Assembly (NCBI GenBank): GCA_964234715.1 | Contig: OZ174277.1 | Length of the DNA stretch: 64,000 bases | Reading direction: 5' to 3' (one strand) | DNA from: Podarcis melisellensis | Lineage: Eukaryota | Shown here: positions 51,211-64,000 of the stretch, piece after piece | How positions within the stretch are numbered: the first letter of the stretch is position 1 | Layout of the letters: each line of letters opens with the position of its first letter | Made by a program: the position numbers and the translations under genes | The notes under the pieces: model-generated | Told to the model about the DNA's origin: nothing | The model's input: the letters and a program-made list of their open reading frames with translations, nothing else | Databases searched by the model: none

Positions 51211-51373
51211 GTTACAGCTTCTGCTGAAGAACAGGTTCCAACTGTAAGAACAGCTAATAAGAGGGAAAGAGGCAATTTATGCCCATATGTCTTCCACTGG
51301 AATAGCTGTAAGAAGGTCATATGAAGGACAGATTAAGATGGAATGTAGGTGCTTCCCTAGAAATGCTGCTATA

Positions 51374-51545
51374 CAGTGGTACCTCGGGTTACATACGCTT
51401 CAGGTTACAGATGCTTCAGGTTACAGACTCCGCTAACCCAGAAATAGTACCTTGGGTTAAGAACTTTGCTTCAGGATGAGAACAGAAATAGTGTGGTGGC
51501 GGTGCGGCAGAAGCGGGAGGCCCCATTAGCTAAAGTGGTGCTTCA
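51374..51545. mobile_element. Tc1/pogo MITE family A, truncated
   Basis: TA|CAGTGGTACCTCGGG..., colinear with the 7391 copy; right TIR missing. Confidence 0.85.
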
Positions 51546-53999
51546 TGGGATTTAATACCGAGGAGAAGGGGGACTCTTGTAAATATGAATATGAATTTGA
51601 TTTGTCCCTGAGCCACAGTGTTTGTCACTTGGCTCTGACTGATTCTAGTACAAAAAAAAGTAGACCCAAAGCCTGAACATGCCCAACCTAATGCATTGAG
51701 ATGGTTATTTCCTGCATTTAGCTGTTTCCTAGGGCCACAGTATCTACAGGAAGCATCAGTACTTGAACTAGGATCCCAAGAGAGATGTAGATATAGAGGT
51801 CCTCATTAGTCACAAAGGGCTGCCTTTAAAAGAAAGGCTTCACATGCATTTTGAACCCCATATACCACATTGCCAAAATAACATAGTTTCTTTCAAAGGC
51901 AGCAACTTTTAAGAAACAAGACTCTAGTGTCCCCCCCCCCCAGTCTTCCAAGTCACTTTTCAAGGTAAGGCCCTGGATAAAGAAAAAACGTTTTTAGTAG
52001 AACACTAAAAGGTGTGTTCATATACTTGGAGTGGAAACTTTGTGCATCCAGCTGCAATTGATTTCCTGCATGGCAAAATACTGCAGGCATTTTACTAGAT
52101 GGGAACATTACAAAGGCTTCCTACACATCACTAGGTTTTCAAACCAGGAAGGTATTCCCACATGGCCATTCCTTTGTCAGAATAAACAGCCTCTACTGAT
52201 CTTTCACTGTATATGGTTTGCTTCTTCCCAAACCATAAAAAGGTGGGGGGGAAAGTGGTTTCAAAACACCCAATGACATGAAATATTCTCCTCTTTTGAA
52301 GGAAACAGTAAATTACAGTATTTAGGTATTTCTTCTTTCCTCTCACCAGAAAGCTATACAGCACCTAGCAACAACACATCCTTTCATACTTCTTTTAAAA
52401 AAAAGACCTAGCCAAAACCATCAACGCTACAGCAAAAGCAAGCCATGGGAGAATTTCAATGAAACACACTATTAAGACTTTCTGGAGTATTTATACTTCT
52501 AATCTCATACATGGGGGAAAAACTCTCTGTACATGTATCTAGTGAAGAAGGACAATTCTTCAGGAAAGAAAGAGAGCATAAGGTGAACCCAGCACCAATG
52601 GTCCCATGCCTCTGGGAAGTACACAAGCAAGTTATCTATGCACAGTCCTCCTTCCTTTTTTGCAATAAGCAGGAAAACTTTCTGAGACCTTTAGAAATTC
52701 CCTTCTCCAAGGTGCCTCCTTGAATGGAATGGGCCGTCTGTGCCTCAGCTTTTCTCCATGAGCTTTGCTGCCACTGAGAATGTAGCATACTCATGTAGCA
52801 TAATTCACATTTACAATTTGGAATTGTAAGCTCTATACTTACCCAAAAGGCATTAGTCAATCTGAAATCACAGGAACTGGCAGTGTGTATTATCTGGGAG
52901 CTGAAGATCAATACTAGAATTTAAAGTGGAAGAGAAGCCCAATACCAGTGTCTAGATGTCTTTTTTTAAAAAAAGAACTTATAAACAAAAAATAAATTTA
53001 AACACAAGAGACAGAGCTGTTTAAAATATAAGTTGGCAAATGGTTATCTGGTAATGTCCCAAGTAGTCAATGCAGAACTTTTGGCATCTCATGCTTCACT
53101 CGCAAAGAACCAGAGATGTGAAAAAATAAATTCTACTGTCAAACATGTGGCAATTCAAATCTTTTATTTCTTGGCTGCCAGCAACCATGTTACTTCCTAA
53201 AGAAAAGGGTGTTCAAAAGGTTCAGCAGCCCAGTTCCCAAGATGACCCAGAGTTAAAGGTCCCACTGAAAAGAACGGGGCTTACAACAATGGGATGTGTT
53301 CATGACGCCAACAGCAAGTTCAAGTTGAAGCACAAGACAGAGTTCACACTAACGCATCCTCAATCAAAGGCATATGTTGCACTCCTCCTATTGTGGCAAT
53401 GAGGGCCAAAACTGTGGACTGTACATTTCATGTTTGCCAAAAGGAATGTACATTTTTTAAAAACTTCATCAGAAGTCATTCAATCCCAGACTGCCATAAT
53501 TTCCTCCCTTCATGACCTAAAAAGTAATCAAGCCAAGACCTCCCAAAAAACCATCATATGTTTTCTGAATCCTAGCCAATTTACAATATCTTCCTGAATC
53601 CGAAACCTCTCCTAACAGATGTGATGTCAGTATATCAAATCAGCATTCCGATCTAGTTTCTGGCTATAGTATACCAATATAAAACTGTTTCAACATTTGG
53701 TTTCGATTGAACAATTGAAGCAAGCCTGTAATGAGCTCTGAAGTACAACATCATCTTCCCGTTTACCAATAAAATATGCATTCACTGAAGCTTTTGTCAT
53801 GAATTAAAATTGGCAAATAGGGACATATCCAAAAGATACAGCTACATTCATTTGCAATAAGAATTACTTGAAAATGGCAGCCATTAATGGTATAGCTATC
53901 AACGGTTTCCATTAATGACTTTTTCCCTGCAGCAAGCCAGAGAAGCATGGCTCAAAAGGCAAAGTATATTGCTTTTGCTTACAACGGGACACTAGGATT

Positions 54000-55015
54000 T
54001 CCCAGGTTAGGGGTGGGTAGAAGCACTTTGTGGTGATTCTACTTTACTTGGGTGGTCATTTCCAGAAGGTGATGCTTAGGGAGTGTTCTTTGGCCCCATG
54101 GAACCTTCAATGTGGGGTTCCTCAGCATTCGATTTTATTCCTCATGTTATTTAACATCTACATGAAACCTCTGAGTTCATCCAGAGTTTTGGAGTCCATG
54201 GTCAGCAATTTGTTGAGGACACACAGCTCTACTTCTCCTTTACATATGCAGGTGTTGACGTGGATGTACTGGACCATTGTCTTGCCTCAGTAATGGACTG
54301 GATGAGAGCCAATGAACTGAAGCTCAATCCTCCACCTTAGGGTAGTTCGCTAAACCAGATGGATGGGAGGTTGCCTGCTTTAATGGAGTTACACTCCCTC
54401 TGAAGGAGAGGGTGGTGCACAGCTTGAAGGCACTTCTGGATCCATTGCTGTTACTTGAAGCTCAGGTGGCACCTTGGTGGCACAGAGTGCTTTCCATTAC
54501 TTTTGGCTGGTGGCCCAGTTGCGCCCCTATCAGGATAGGGATAGCATAACTTCTGTTGTCTATCCTCTGGTAACCTCTAGGTTAGATTACTGCAATGCAC
54601 TGTATGTGGGAGCTGCCTCTTAAGATGGTTCAGAAACTTCAGCTGGTGCAGAATTCAGTGGCCAGGTTGCGATGATTTGAGCATGTGGTGGCAATCCTGG
54701 CCCAATTGCACTGGCTGCCAATTAGTTTCTGGGCCCAATTCAAAGTGCTGTGTTTGATCTATAAAGCCTCAACCTGCTCACAGCTGTAGTACTCCAAGGA
54801 CTACAACTCTCCATATGAACCACCTCAAGACCCTGTGATCATCATCCAACACTCTTCTACGTGTGCCTCCTCCACGAGAGGTCTGGAGGGCAGCAACATG
54901 AGAGCAGGCTTTTCTGTGCTGGTTCTCCACTTGTGGAAGGCTTTCCCAAGGGAGGTCTGCCTGGCATCTTCATTACATATATTTAGGCACCAGGCAGAAA
55001 ATGTCCTCCATTGGA
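54000..55015 (+). mobile_element. L2 LINE fragment, degenerate RT C-terminus
   Basis: CGVPQHSILFLMLFNIYMKPL (L2 GVPQGS..FNIYM motif); downstream LDYCNAL-, HWLP- and FKVL-like segments; frameshifted. Confidence 0.85.
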
Positions 55016-55823
55016 CCTAGTGGCTGCTTGAGTTTGGACTCACTATAAAAGTCAGCTTCATAGGTCATGATTCCACAAAAACCATAATTCCCTTGCCCAA
55101 TTCCATTTTTGGAAAGCATTCAGGAAACCTCCACAAGGCCCAATAAAACTTAGCAGGTTGCACATACTGAAAACCACTTCTGCATGTAGGGAGATGTCAT
55201 GCATTTTTAGTTTTATTTAGAACTTTCAGGTCAGGGCTTCTCAGATAAAAGCAGGGTTCCTCCATGCTAAGCGAAAGAAAATAGTAAAGCCAACTTTCTT
55301 CCAGCAGTGTCTGGCTGAGATTCTCTGGAAGCATCATTAAAATAAACAGAACCATGTGCAACAGCCATGTATTAAATTACTTTATATATATGTCTTGTTG
55401 ACTTCAAAGCAGTCTGCACAACAGAAAAATACAATTATGAGTGTAAAGATGCTAGCAATATTGACAGAGAACCAACCTATCCATCTCAGAACCTGCGTTT
55501 TTCATATGCCTTCAAAGGTAAGTGATCAGAATTAAACTTTTAACTTAATAGTTCTAAAATACTATATGGCTCTCCTGAAGATTCAAAGTGAATCTCCTGC
55601 CTGAAGTCAGAGGCTTCAAATGGATATGGCAGGCCTGCAACCTATGTGAGGGTTATGTTCTGGGGATGGCACCTGAAGCCAAAATTGTATACAGTCAAAA
55701 CCCATTGGGCTCAATGGAGAGTGGGATTTCCAAAGTCATTTTTCCTGAGACCCTGCCCCCCTTTTAATTTTTTTTTTATTGCCACACACATCAAGTTAAA
55801 TGCACATAAGTTATGGGCTTACT

Positions 55824-56045
55824 TAGGGTTGCCATACGTCCATAATTTCCCGGACATATCTGGAATACTGCAGTTGGAAGCAGAAGTTGTAAAAATGACC
55901 AGGAAAATCTGGACATATGACAACCCATGCTGCCAATGTCATTTTTGGTGAATTTTCTTAGCGATAGTTCAAAAACCTCTCTCTTTTTTGTGAATATGCA
56001 ACTTTTCTCTCTGGGTTTTCACTGTTTGAAATATGGCAACCCTAG
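55824..56045. mobile_element. MITE with TAGGGTTGCCATA termini
   Basis: TAGGGTTGCCATA / TATGGCAACCCTA, with an internal second end ggacatatgacaaccc. Confidence 0.65.
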
Positions 56046-56290
56046 CTTACTGCATACACATTCAGAAAAGGTGCATGGCATAGCCTTCCAAGGACTATAC
56101 CACCAAAATCCGAATTGTGGAATCACTTGTGCGTGACTATTCCATCACATAAATAGCAATGTACAGTAAACTAACACATCTGAAGAAGGTAAACTAGATT
56201 TGTTTCCTAGTATGCTACTTTTGCAAGGAATATTCATTCGTATATTCCCAATCATACTCCAATGTGGCATCACTCCAGATGGACTGTACG

Positions 56291-56725
56291 TGTCAGGGAA
56301 CTGCCATCGGAACGAGAGGAGGAGGCGAGGCTCCACAACGATGCTGGAGAGGGGCGAAGTAGGGAGAGAGGCAGGTCTCCTGTTGGGGAAGAAAATCAGC
56401 GCAACACCAGGGATGGAGGGGGGCCAATGGGGGAAGCAGAGAGCAGGCTCAGAGACTCTTCACTGGACACCAGCAGGGAGAGCACAGGTCCTCCGCTACC
56501 CACGCCCTCCCAGCGCAGAAGACTTCCACGCAGGGAGAGTAGGAGGAGACTGGGCGTCAAACAACTTTTATGTTGGAAAAGGTTTAAGAAACGCCCACTG
56601 TCGGATTCTGCCAGCGACTGAACAGCCACAAAGTGAGGGGCTATCCAGCCAGGAAAGGTTTAACCAGGCCACCTAGCCAGGAGTGGTGGCAACTTACGCA
56701 CGAGCAACCCCATATAACCATTACA
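56291..56725 (+). mobile_element. Solo LTR (435 bp), same family as 30542-30975, opposite orientation
   Basis: TG...CA ends; 5-bp TSD GTACG (56286-56290 and 56726-56730). Confidence 0.8.
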
Positions 56726-57899
56726 GTACGGTTTTCCTTTTCCGACTGTATCAAGATCAGGCCACAGGGACAATACATATAACCACGTTTTAGGGTTATA
56801 ATTGGCTTATCGTGCTTCTTTGGTGAATTATGATTAAAGGAGCCATCCTATCGTTAAATCGGCATTCATGCTTAAGGTAGTGCACCATGACAGCTGCCTC
56901 ACTGCCTTCACATTTCAAATCTCAGCTGGCAACAAGGGAGTTACTCAAAATAAACTCAGACTGTGGTTGTATGAATTGGCTCCTAAGACAAAGATTAAAT
57001 TTTCCATGCAGACTTCCAGCTTTCAAAATCTGTTTAGACATCCATAAGAACAAATATTTGTGCTATGTGTAGATGCTGGCATAGTATATGAATATATATA
57101 ATTCACACGCAGAAAGACACATACAATGTAAAAAATATTCTAGTACTTCTTTACCAGTCAAGCTAACTGAACATATGGTGCCATATTAATTTAGGACTAC
57201 TGGGTGTCAGGAAAAAAAATTAAAATGTAAATTGTAAAGTTTAAAGGCAGCCCTATACTTCGCCTTTCCAAACACAATTACTTATATATCCCATAGCTGC
57301 TATTTCCAGATTTAGCTTTACTACAAGCAAACAGGATTCCATTATAAATTTAGCTAGAGGCCAGGACCACAAGCAGTTGTGGAAATTTGAACCACAAGCC
57401 TTAATCAGTAAAGGCTGTTCGCTCTGAAAAAGGAAGGAAGGCATTAGATGAAGACTTCTTCTAACACTGCTATTTTATTCTAAAATGTTATCTTTTCAAT
57501 TATTATTTTGATCACATTTATAAATATATATTTCTGTTTATTATTATTATAAAAACTGAGCAAAACAGCATTCACGGGAAAAGCTGAGTAGAGCAACTGG
57601 GCCTCTATTGCTACTGAAAGACATCCGTTTGAATCTTAACTTCCACTAATGGAACAGAGTTCATAGCTGAGGAATGGGGCTTTCCTGCTTCCAATTCCAA
57701 GTCCCCTCTGCAGTGCCTTGTGTTTTCACCAAAAAATAATCCTGGGATTGGGACAGTGCTGGGAAGGGAATGGAAGCTGCAGGCAGAGGGATAACTGTGA
57801 GTAGTCAATGGGAAAGCAACTAACACTCCAATCCTTTGCAAATATTGAGTTGAGCTGCTGTCCATCTATCTCAGGAAACAATGGAGGACTGCACATTTG

Positions 57900-58230
57900 A
57901 GGGTAAAGTCAAACTGCTGGAGAGTCACAGTGCCTGTGGTTGGCTGTCGAGTCCAACATGGGAGAGACATGTTTTGTTGCAGCTGAGGCAGATGAAGGTG
58001 TCCGGTTGTGCTGATGCAGGTGTACCACGGCATTTCTTCTTTCTGGCTTCCTCCCAGTGGCCATTCCTCTTCTGGTCACTGCTGTCTCTAGGCACTGAGG
58101 TCATCTGCCCCCCCCCCCATTTGGTGGCGTTAATGTTGCCAGCCTTCATGTCACATTTGGAGACATATTTGTAACAAAGAGTTGGTCTGCCAACAGGCCT
58201 GGTACCTGAGGCCAGATCCTCATATAGCAC
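57900..58230 (-). mobile_element. RTE-clade LINE 3' fragment, distinct from BovB
   Basis: LYEDLASGTRPVGRP..YK and a C-terminal C2H2-like FICLSCNKTCLSHVGL, typical of RTE ORF ends. Confidence 0.7.
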
Positions 58231-58316
58231 TGTTGATGGTTTTAGTCTAACACTGTTTTAACTGAGCTTTATTTTATTTCTTAGTTCTACTTTTTACCCT
58301 CTATAGTTTCAACTAT

Positions 58317-60049
58317 TTGTTGTTGTTGTTTAGTCGTTTAGTCATGTCCGACTCTTCGTGACCCCATGGACCAGAGCACGCCACGCACTTCTGTCTTCCA
58401 CTGCCTCCCACAGTTTGGTCAGACTCATGTTTGTAGCTTCGAAGACACTATCCAACCATCTCGTCCTCTGTCGTCCCCTTCTCCTTGTGCCCTCCTTCTT
58501 TCCCAACATCAGGGTCTTTTCCAGGGAGTCTTCTCTTCTCATGAGGTGGCCAAAGTACTGGAGTCTCAGCTTCAGGATCTGTCCTTCCAGTGAGGACTCA
58601 GGACTGATTTCCTTAAGAATGGATAGGTTTGATCTTCTTGCAGTCCATGGGACTCTCAAGAGTCTCCTCCAGCACCATAATTCAAAAGCATCAATTCTTC
58701 AGCGATCAGCCTTCTTTATGGTCCAGCTCTCACTTCCATACATCACTACTGGGAAAACCATAGCTTTTACTATACGGACCTTTGTTGGCAAGGTGATGTC
58801 TCTACTTTTTAAGATGGTGTCTAGGTTTGTCATTGCTTTCCTCCCAAGAAGCAGGTGTCTCTTAATTTTGTGGCTGCTGTCACCATCTGCAGTGATCATG
58901 AAGCCCAAGAAAGTAAAATCTCTCACTGCCTCCATTTCTTCCCCTTCTATTTGCCAGGAGGTGATGGGACCAGTGGCCATGATCTTCATTTTTTGATGTT
59001 GAGCTTCAGACCATATTTTGCGCTCTCCTCTTTCACCCTCAATAAAAGGTTCTTTAATTCCTCCTCACTTTCTGCCATCAAGGTTGTGTCATCTGCATAT
59101 CTGAGGTTGTTGATATTTCTTCCAGCAATCTTAATTCCGGCTAGGGATTCATCCAGCCCAGCCTTTCGCATGATGAATTCTGCATATAAGTTAAATAAAC
59201 AGGGAGACAAAATACAGCCTTGTCATACCCCTTTCCCAATTTTGAACCAATCAGTTGTTCCATATCCAGTTCTAACTGTAGCTTCTTATCCCACATAGAG
59301 ATTTCTCAGGAGACAGATGAGGTGACCAGGCACTCCCATTTCTTTAAGAGCTTGCCATAGTTTGCTGTGGTCGACACAGTCAAAGGCTTTTGCATAGTCG
59401 ATGAAGCAGAAGTAGATGTCTTTCTGGAACTCTCTAGCTTTCTCCATAATCCAGCACATGTTTGCAATTTGGTCTCTGGTTCCTCTGCCTCTTCTAAATC
59501 CAGCTTGCACTTCTGGGAGTTCTCAGTCCACATACTGCTTGAGCCTGTCTTGTAGAATTTTAAGCATAACTTTGCTAGCATGTGAAATGAGCGCAATTGT
59601 GCAGTAGTTGGAGCATTCTTTAGCACTGCCCTTCTTTGGGATTGGGATGTAGACTGATCATCTCCAGTCCTCTGGCCACTGCTGAGTTTTCCAAACTTGC
59701 TGGCATATTGAGTGTAGCACCTTAACAGCATCATCTTTTACAATTTTAAGTAGTTCAGCTAGAATACCATCACTTCCACTGGCCTTGTTATTTGCAGTGC
59801 TTTCTAAGGCCCATTTGACTTCTCTCTCCAGGATGTCTGGCTCAAGGTTAGCAACCACACTACCTGGGGTGTACGAGACATCCATATCTTTCTGGTATAA
59901 TTCCTCTGTGTATTCTTGCCACCTCTTCTTGATGTCTTCTGCTTCTGTTAGGTCCTTACCACTTTTGTCCTTTATTATGGTAATCTTTGAACAAAATGTT
60001 CCTTTCATATCTCCAATTTTCTTGAACAGATCTCTGGTTCTTCCCATTC
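58317..60049 (-). mobile_element. BovB (RTE) LINE, 5'-truncated, with stops and frameshifts
   Basis: QAGFRRGRGTRDQIAN, FIDYAKAFDCVDH, NNLRYADDTTLMAESEEEL and WRALVHGVTKSRT motifs; (CAA)n tail; TSD TTTCAACTAT at 58307-58316 and 60050-60059. Confidence 0.95.
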
Positions 60050-60100
60050 TTTCAACTATACTTTTTGTTAAATGGCAGAATAGAAATGCTGTAAATAATA

Positions 60101-60310
60101 CCTCTGGCACCTCTGGTTACAAACTTAATTCATTTCGGTAGTCCATTCTTAACCTGAGGTACCACCTTAGCTAATGGGGCCTCCTGCTGCCGCTGCGCCG
60201 CCGGCACACAGTTTCTGTTCTCATCCTGAGGTAAAGTTCTTAACCCAAGGTACTACTTCCGGGTTAGCGGAGTCTGTAACCCGAAGTGTTTGTAACCTGA
60301 GGTACCACTG
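60101..60310. mobile_element. Tc1/pogo MITE family A, diverged
   Basis: Colinear with the 62597 copy; right TIR GAGGTACCACTG. Confidence 0.8.
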
Positions 60311-61940
60311 CATTCAAAATGAGCTGAAACCCAGGAATGAGGGTTTATTGGTCTCCAGTTCCACATTTTATAATTTGTGCTTCACAGATAGGATTATTTA
60401 CTATGCAATCCTGTACATGCCTATTTGGAAGTAAACTCCATTGAACTTAATGGGGCTTACTCCCAGGTTAGTGAGTTTAGAATTACAGCTTTAGCCTCCA
60501 ACAAAAGCACCTCAGCCAACTAAACTGAAATCTGTTGGCATCACTCCATCATCACCTCAATTCTTTAGTCTTTCCAGCTTCTGACTGTAGGGCTTAGAGT
60601 TTAATTTTTTTTTCTACAAATGTATGTATACTTTGTCATCTCATTTGTATCTATATGACTGTGTTAAGTGCCTCAACTGTCATCCAACAGACGTTCTGAT
60701 TGTGCTGTTTGTATACAAGACCATCACTAGGAATTATTTATACCATTTTTGCTATGAGGAGTGAGTGGGAAGAGACAATGTTATCCATTGGCTACAGTCA
60801 GTAGCCTGAGAGACTTAGATTATAATCACACCTTTGCTATGAGCTCAGTAGGAGATAGCATGAAAAGTATCATGTGTCACACAATAGCCTTGAATGTTAA
60901 TGCTAGGAAACCGGATAAAAAAGCAAGTCATGCCTCTGACATAATCCAAAGGGTAAATGACTTTTGTTCTATGTGATTCAGAAAAATATTTTTAGAAAAA
61001 CGCAACTTAAAAGGACATATCGAACACTTGACAATTAATACCATTTTTCCAAATTGCTCATCATCTTCTAGGTACCACTTAGCAGAATATAATTTTTTCA
61101 GATAAAAACAAGCCATATAAGTTAATCCAGTTCAGATATCAAAGCCAAACCATTATTGTTCATCATAAAGAAACTTTGTACCTGTGTACTCTCCTCCTCC
61201 CAACTTTCCCCTGTACACTCCAATTCTGCCTGTCATTTCCTGATTCACATAACTATAGTTTGCTGTTGTGTCCGAAACAAGCAAACTATGGTTACTGCAG
61301 ACCTCAGTGGAACTCTAAATAATAAGTGGAATCCCAGATCAAGCTGTACTTTGCTGCTGTATCTTATTTTCAGTTTGGTATGGGCAACCTGTAGCCCTCC
61401 AGGTGTTTCTAGACTACGATTATGAGCCAACACTGAGATAGTGGTTTGTCTAAGGATGCAGAATGAGTTCATAAGGTGTACCAAAGGTCAACCACCTTCC
61501 TGCTTGCCCACTTAAATACTGAACTGCACTTGCTCAGCACAGTAGCACATCATCTCCACACTAAGATGCATAGCCGTCATGCATGTAGGCACCATGTATC
61601 ACACAATGCCTTGCATGTACCACCCCTCCTATAAGCATTCACCAGAAGGACAAAAGGTGGGTGTGTTCATGACTCCCATTTTCCATGCTTCAGCATGGCA
61701 TCCCAAACCACCTGTAGCTCTATATGAGACAGAATAGCACTGACATCTACATGTATCACAGTTCTGTGAGAATGAGAGAGGTAAAACTTGTAAAGTGTAC
61801 CAGGTTTCAGGAACTGCTATATAAAACTATGAGTGTTGAAATGCAGCACAATTCAAGGGAAGACAGAACCAATGGTCTTACTTTGCTCTCTTGGTATAAC
61901 TCTTCCTAAGAATTGACTTCACTAAAAACACGATGGCTTT

Positions 61941-62164
61941 GATCCAATGCAATGCAAAGTAAGCATCTTATTAGTGCAAGGATGTCCACTTCTGCAGGGG
62001 GATTTTCTTGCCTCTCCACCCCCCATGCACCCTTCAAATCTGTTTTGGGCTTCCCCTTTAACTTCCAGAGCAGATTTAGGGAGGGAGAAGATGGGGGGGG
62101 GATCCTGTTGCACAAGAAGTTACCCTTGCACTGATGGGATGCTTACTTAGCACTGCATTGATAC
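61941..62164. mobile_element. Old MITE-like element with ~40-bp imperfect terminal inverted repeats
   Basis: caatgcaatgcaaagtaagcatcttattagtgcaagg / ccttgcactgatgggatgcttacttagcactgcattg. Confidence 0.55.
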
Positions 62165-62596
62165 ATGTCAAAATCTCTCTTTTTTAAAAAACACCTCTCC
62201 TCTCCTAGCTCCCACTGAGCATATCATCCCCACTGCAGTTTGAAACTCAAAAATTCAACGTAATCTGCTTTTCTCATCTGTGAAGCTCTAGGACAAAAAA
62301 AAAAGCTATTTCGATTCCGCATCTTCATTTAATGTTTAAAAGCTCAAGAGCTTGTCTCATTAAAAAGTTTGCAATCCTAGTGAACACATGACCTAGTACA
62401 AACTGAACCAAGAGAGCCAGTTGTGAAGGTGGAAGATCTAGTTAAATAAACTAGTGACTGATAAACCACTTCATTAACTTTCCGTACATTTTCAGATGAG
62501 CAATAACACCAAGTTTAGATGCAGTTTTAGAGCAACAACAAATATCGCAACCAAGATGTCACTTTTATGGAGTCAAAGATGTTACAAAGATGACTA

Positions 62597-62816
62597 CAGT
62601 GGTACCTCAGGTTAAGTACTTAATTCGTTCCTGAGGTCCGTTCTTAACCTGAAACTGTTCTTAACCTGAAGCACCACTTTAGCTAATGGGGCCTCCTGCC
62701 GCACCGCCATAGCACGATTTCTGTTCTCATCCTGAAGCAAAGTTCTTAACCTGAAGCACTATTTCTGGGTTAGCGGAGTCCGTAACCTGAAGCGTATGTA
62801 ACCTGAGGTACCACTG
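62597..62816. mobile_element. Tc1/pogo MITE family A
   Basis: Perfect TIR CAGTGGTACCTCAGGTTA; TA flanks. Confidence 0.9.
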
Positions 62817-63795
62817 TATTTGTAATATGCTACTGAATAGGATTCCTACGTGATTTCGTCATCAAAAGAAAGCGCCCTCCCAAATTAACTGTCCATAGCT
62901 CACATCACATAGCAAGTCCTATGAAAAAGTAAATGAGTTCTGTATAGAACACATACCACATAAAACAGATTTTTAAGAAAAAGAAAAAAACAGGAGCAAT
63001 TGTTACAAGAGGAAGAAAACAGCTTATGCAGTCTAGACAAATTAATGGGTGTTGTTCATCAGAAGATATAATAACCAACTGAGTGGAGTTTATTCTAACA
63101 ATCCTCTAGTGTGTATGGAGAAATCCCTTAACTAGAAGTGAAACACTTTTATTGAGAAGTTTCCACTGGCTGCATGCTTAACAGAAAGAAATCAGAGAAT
63201 CTGTCTACATGCCACCTGGAATAGCAGTTACTTTCAAGAAGAGGGCTAGCATTGTTTTAAGTAGCAGCAAGTCTTTCTCCTCAGATGTCAGAAATCCAAC
63301 AAAGCTGCAAACCACCAGGTATTTATTCCCCCATGCCACCTGAGCATATACCCATATATTTTAAAAAGGCTCGTTCCAATAAGAACAAAGAGAAAGGGAG
63401 GTGTTATCAAAAATAAAACATTTGCCCAGCGATCTGACTCTACAAACATCCAGTGTTCTTTCTCTTCACAGCTACTTCATATGGAACATTCAACATACAG
63501 ATGTGTCTGGGTGAGATGTGCACAGCCATGTAAGCAGTCATAGGTCAGGAATGCACACCTGTCTATTTAGCCATGCACGCTCACTTCAGACACCCAGTGT
63601 AGCTAAGTGTAAGCTTCACAATGGATTGATACAAGACGGACAAAAACCAAACAAACCCCACATTATTCAGAACATAACTGCATACACAAGCTACCTCTAG
63701 GGCCAGAGATGCAGGTTTAAAATAAATTTACACACACAGCCCAATGCCAATGCAATTCCATGCAGGGAAAATATGTATGCTGTAATGGGAGAGCA

Positions 63796-63797
<2 letters not shown>

Positions 63798-63848
<51 letters not shown>
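63798..63848. repeat. Compound (CT)n(CA)n microsatellite
   Basis: Direct reading. Confidence 0.9.
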
Positions 63849-64000
63849 GAGTTACAAGAGCTTTAAAAACACTCCTCCTTTGCTGCTGTACAGTGTCTGT
63901 TGCCAAGTCTTTTCAGGTAACAACAGATAAGGATACTATGGGCACTTTCTGAACTACCCCAGCTTTTTGTTTCTGCCTGCAACCTGAGAGCACTTTACAT

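Noticed and set aside
56200-56676. 158-aa alternative-frame ORF across the LTR
   Set aside because: Its start lies in flanking DNA, and the equivalent frame in the 30542 copy stops earlier (ORF 30665-30925). Only the Arg-rich frame is shared end to end.
58358-59298. 212-aa and 147-aa + strand ORFs
   Set aside because: Antisense shadows of the BovB ORF.
1-64000. CRISPR arrays, operons or other prokaryotic systems; the remaining 60-110 aa ORFs
   Set aside because: The sequence is vertebrate intronic or intergenic DNA. There are no regularly spaced repeat-spacer arrays, and the short ORFs are consistent with chance or lie within repeats.

Overview
Vertebrate genomic DNA from a squamate reptile. 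The repeat set (Sauria SINE, BovB, tRNA/CR1-tail SINEs, hAT and Tc1/pogo MITEs) suggests a lacertid lizard; this is inference. The only host coding exon I can identify confidently is the exon carrying the canonical start codon of PLEKHG1 (RhoGEF, minus strand, exon 643-1181, ATG at 1062). The other ~63 kb is probably its large 5' intron or upstream region and is dense in transposable elements: a young 5'-truncated L1, BovB, CR1, L2 and RTE fragments, two solo LTRs, SINEs, Penelope-like fragments and many MITEs. Most notable: (i) a vault-RNA-like retrocopy with a 17-bp TSD nested in a MITE; (ii) two diverged solo LTRs that both keep the same 109-aa Arg-rich reading frame, with a synonymous-biased C-terminus; (iii) an inverted Penelope-like insertion carrying a minimal hammerhead ribozyme; (iv) a 104-bp near-perfect hairpin extending beyond its MITE core; (v) a CpG-rich candidate alternative PLEKHG1 exon. 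Family names come from my recall of consensus sequences, not from database searches.
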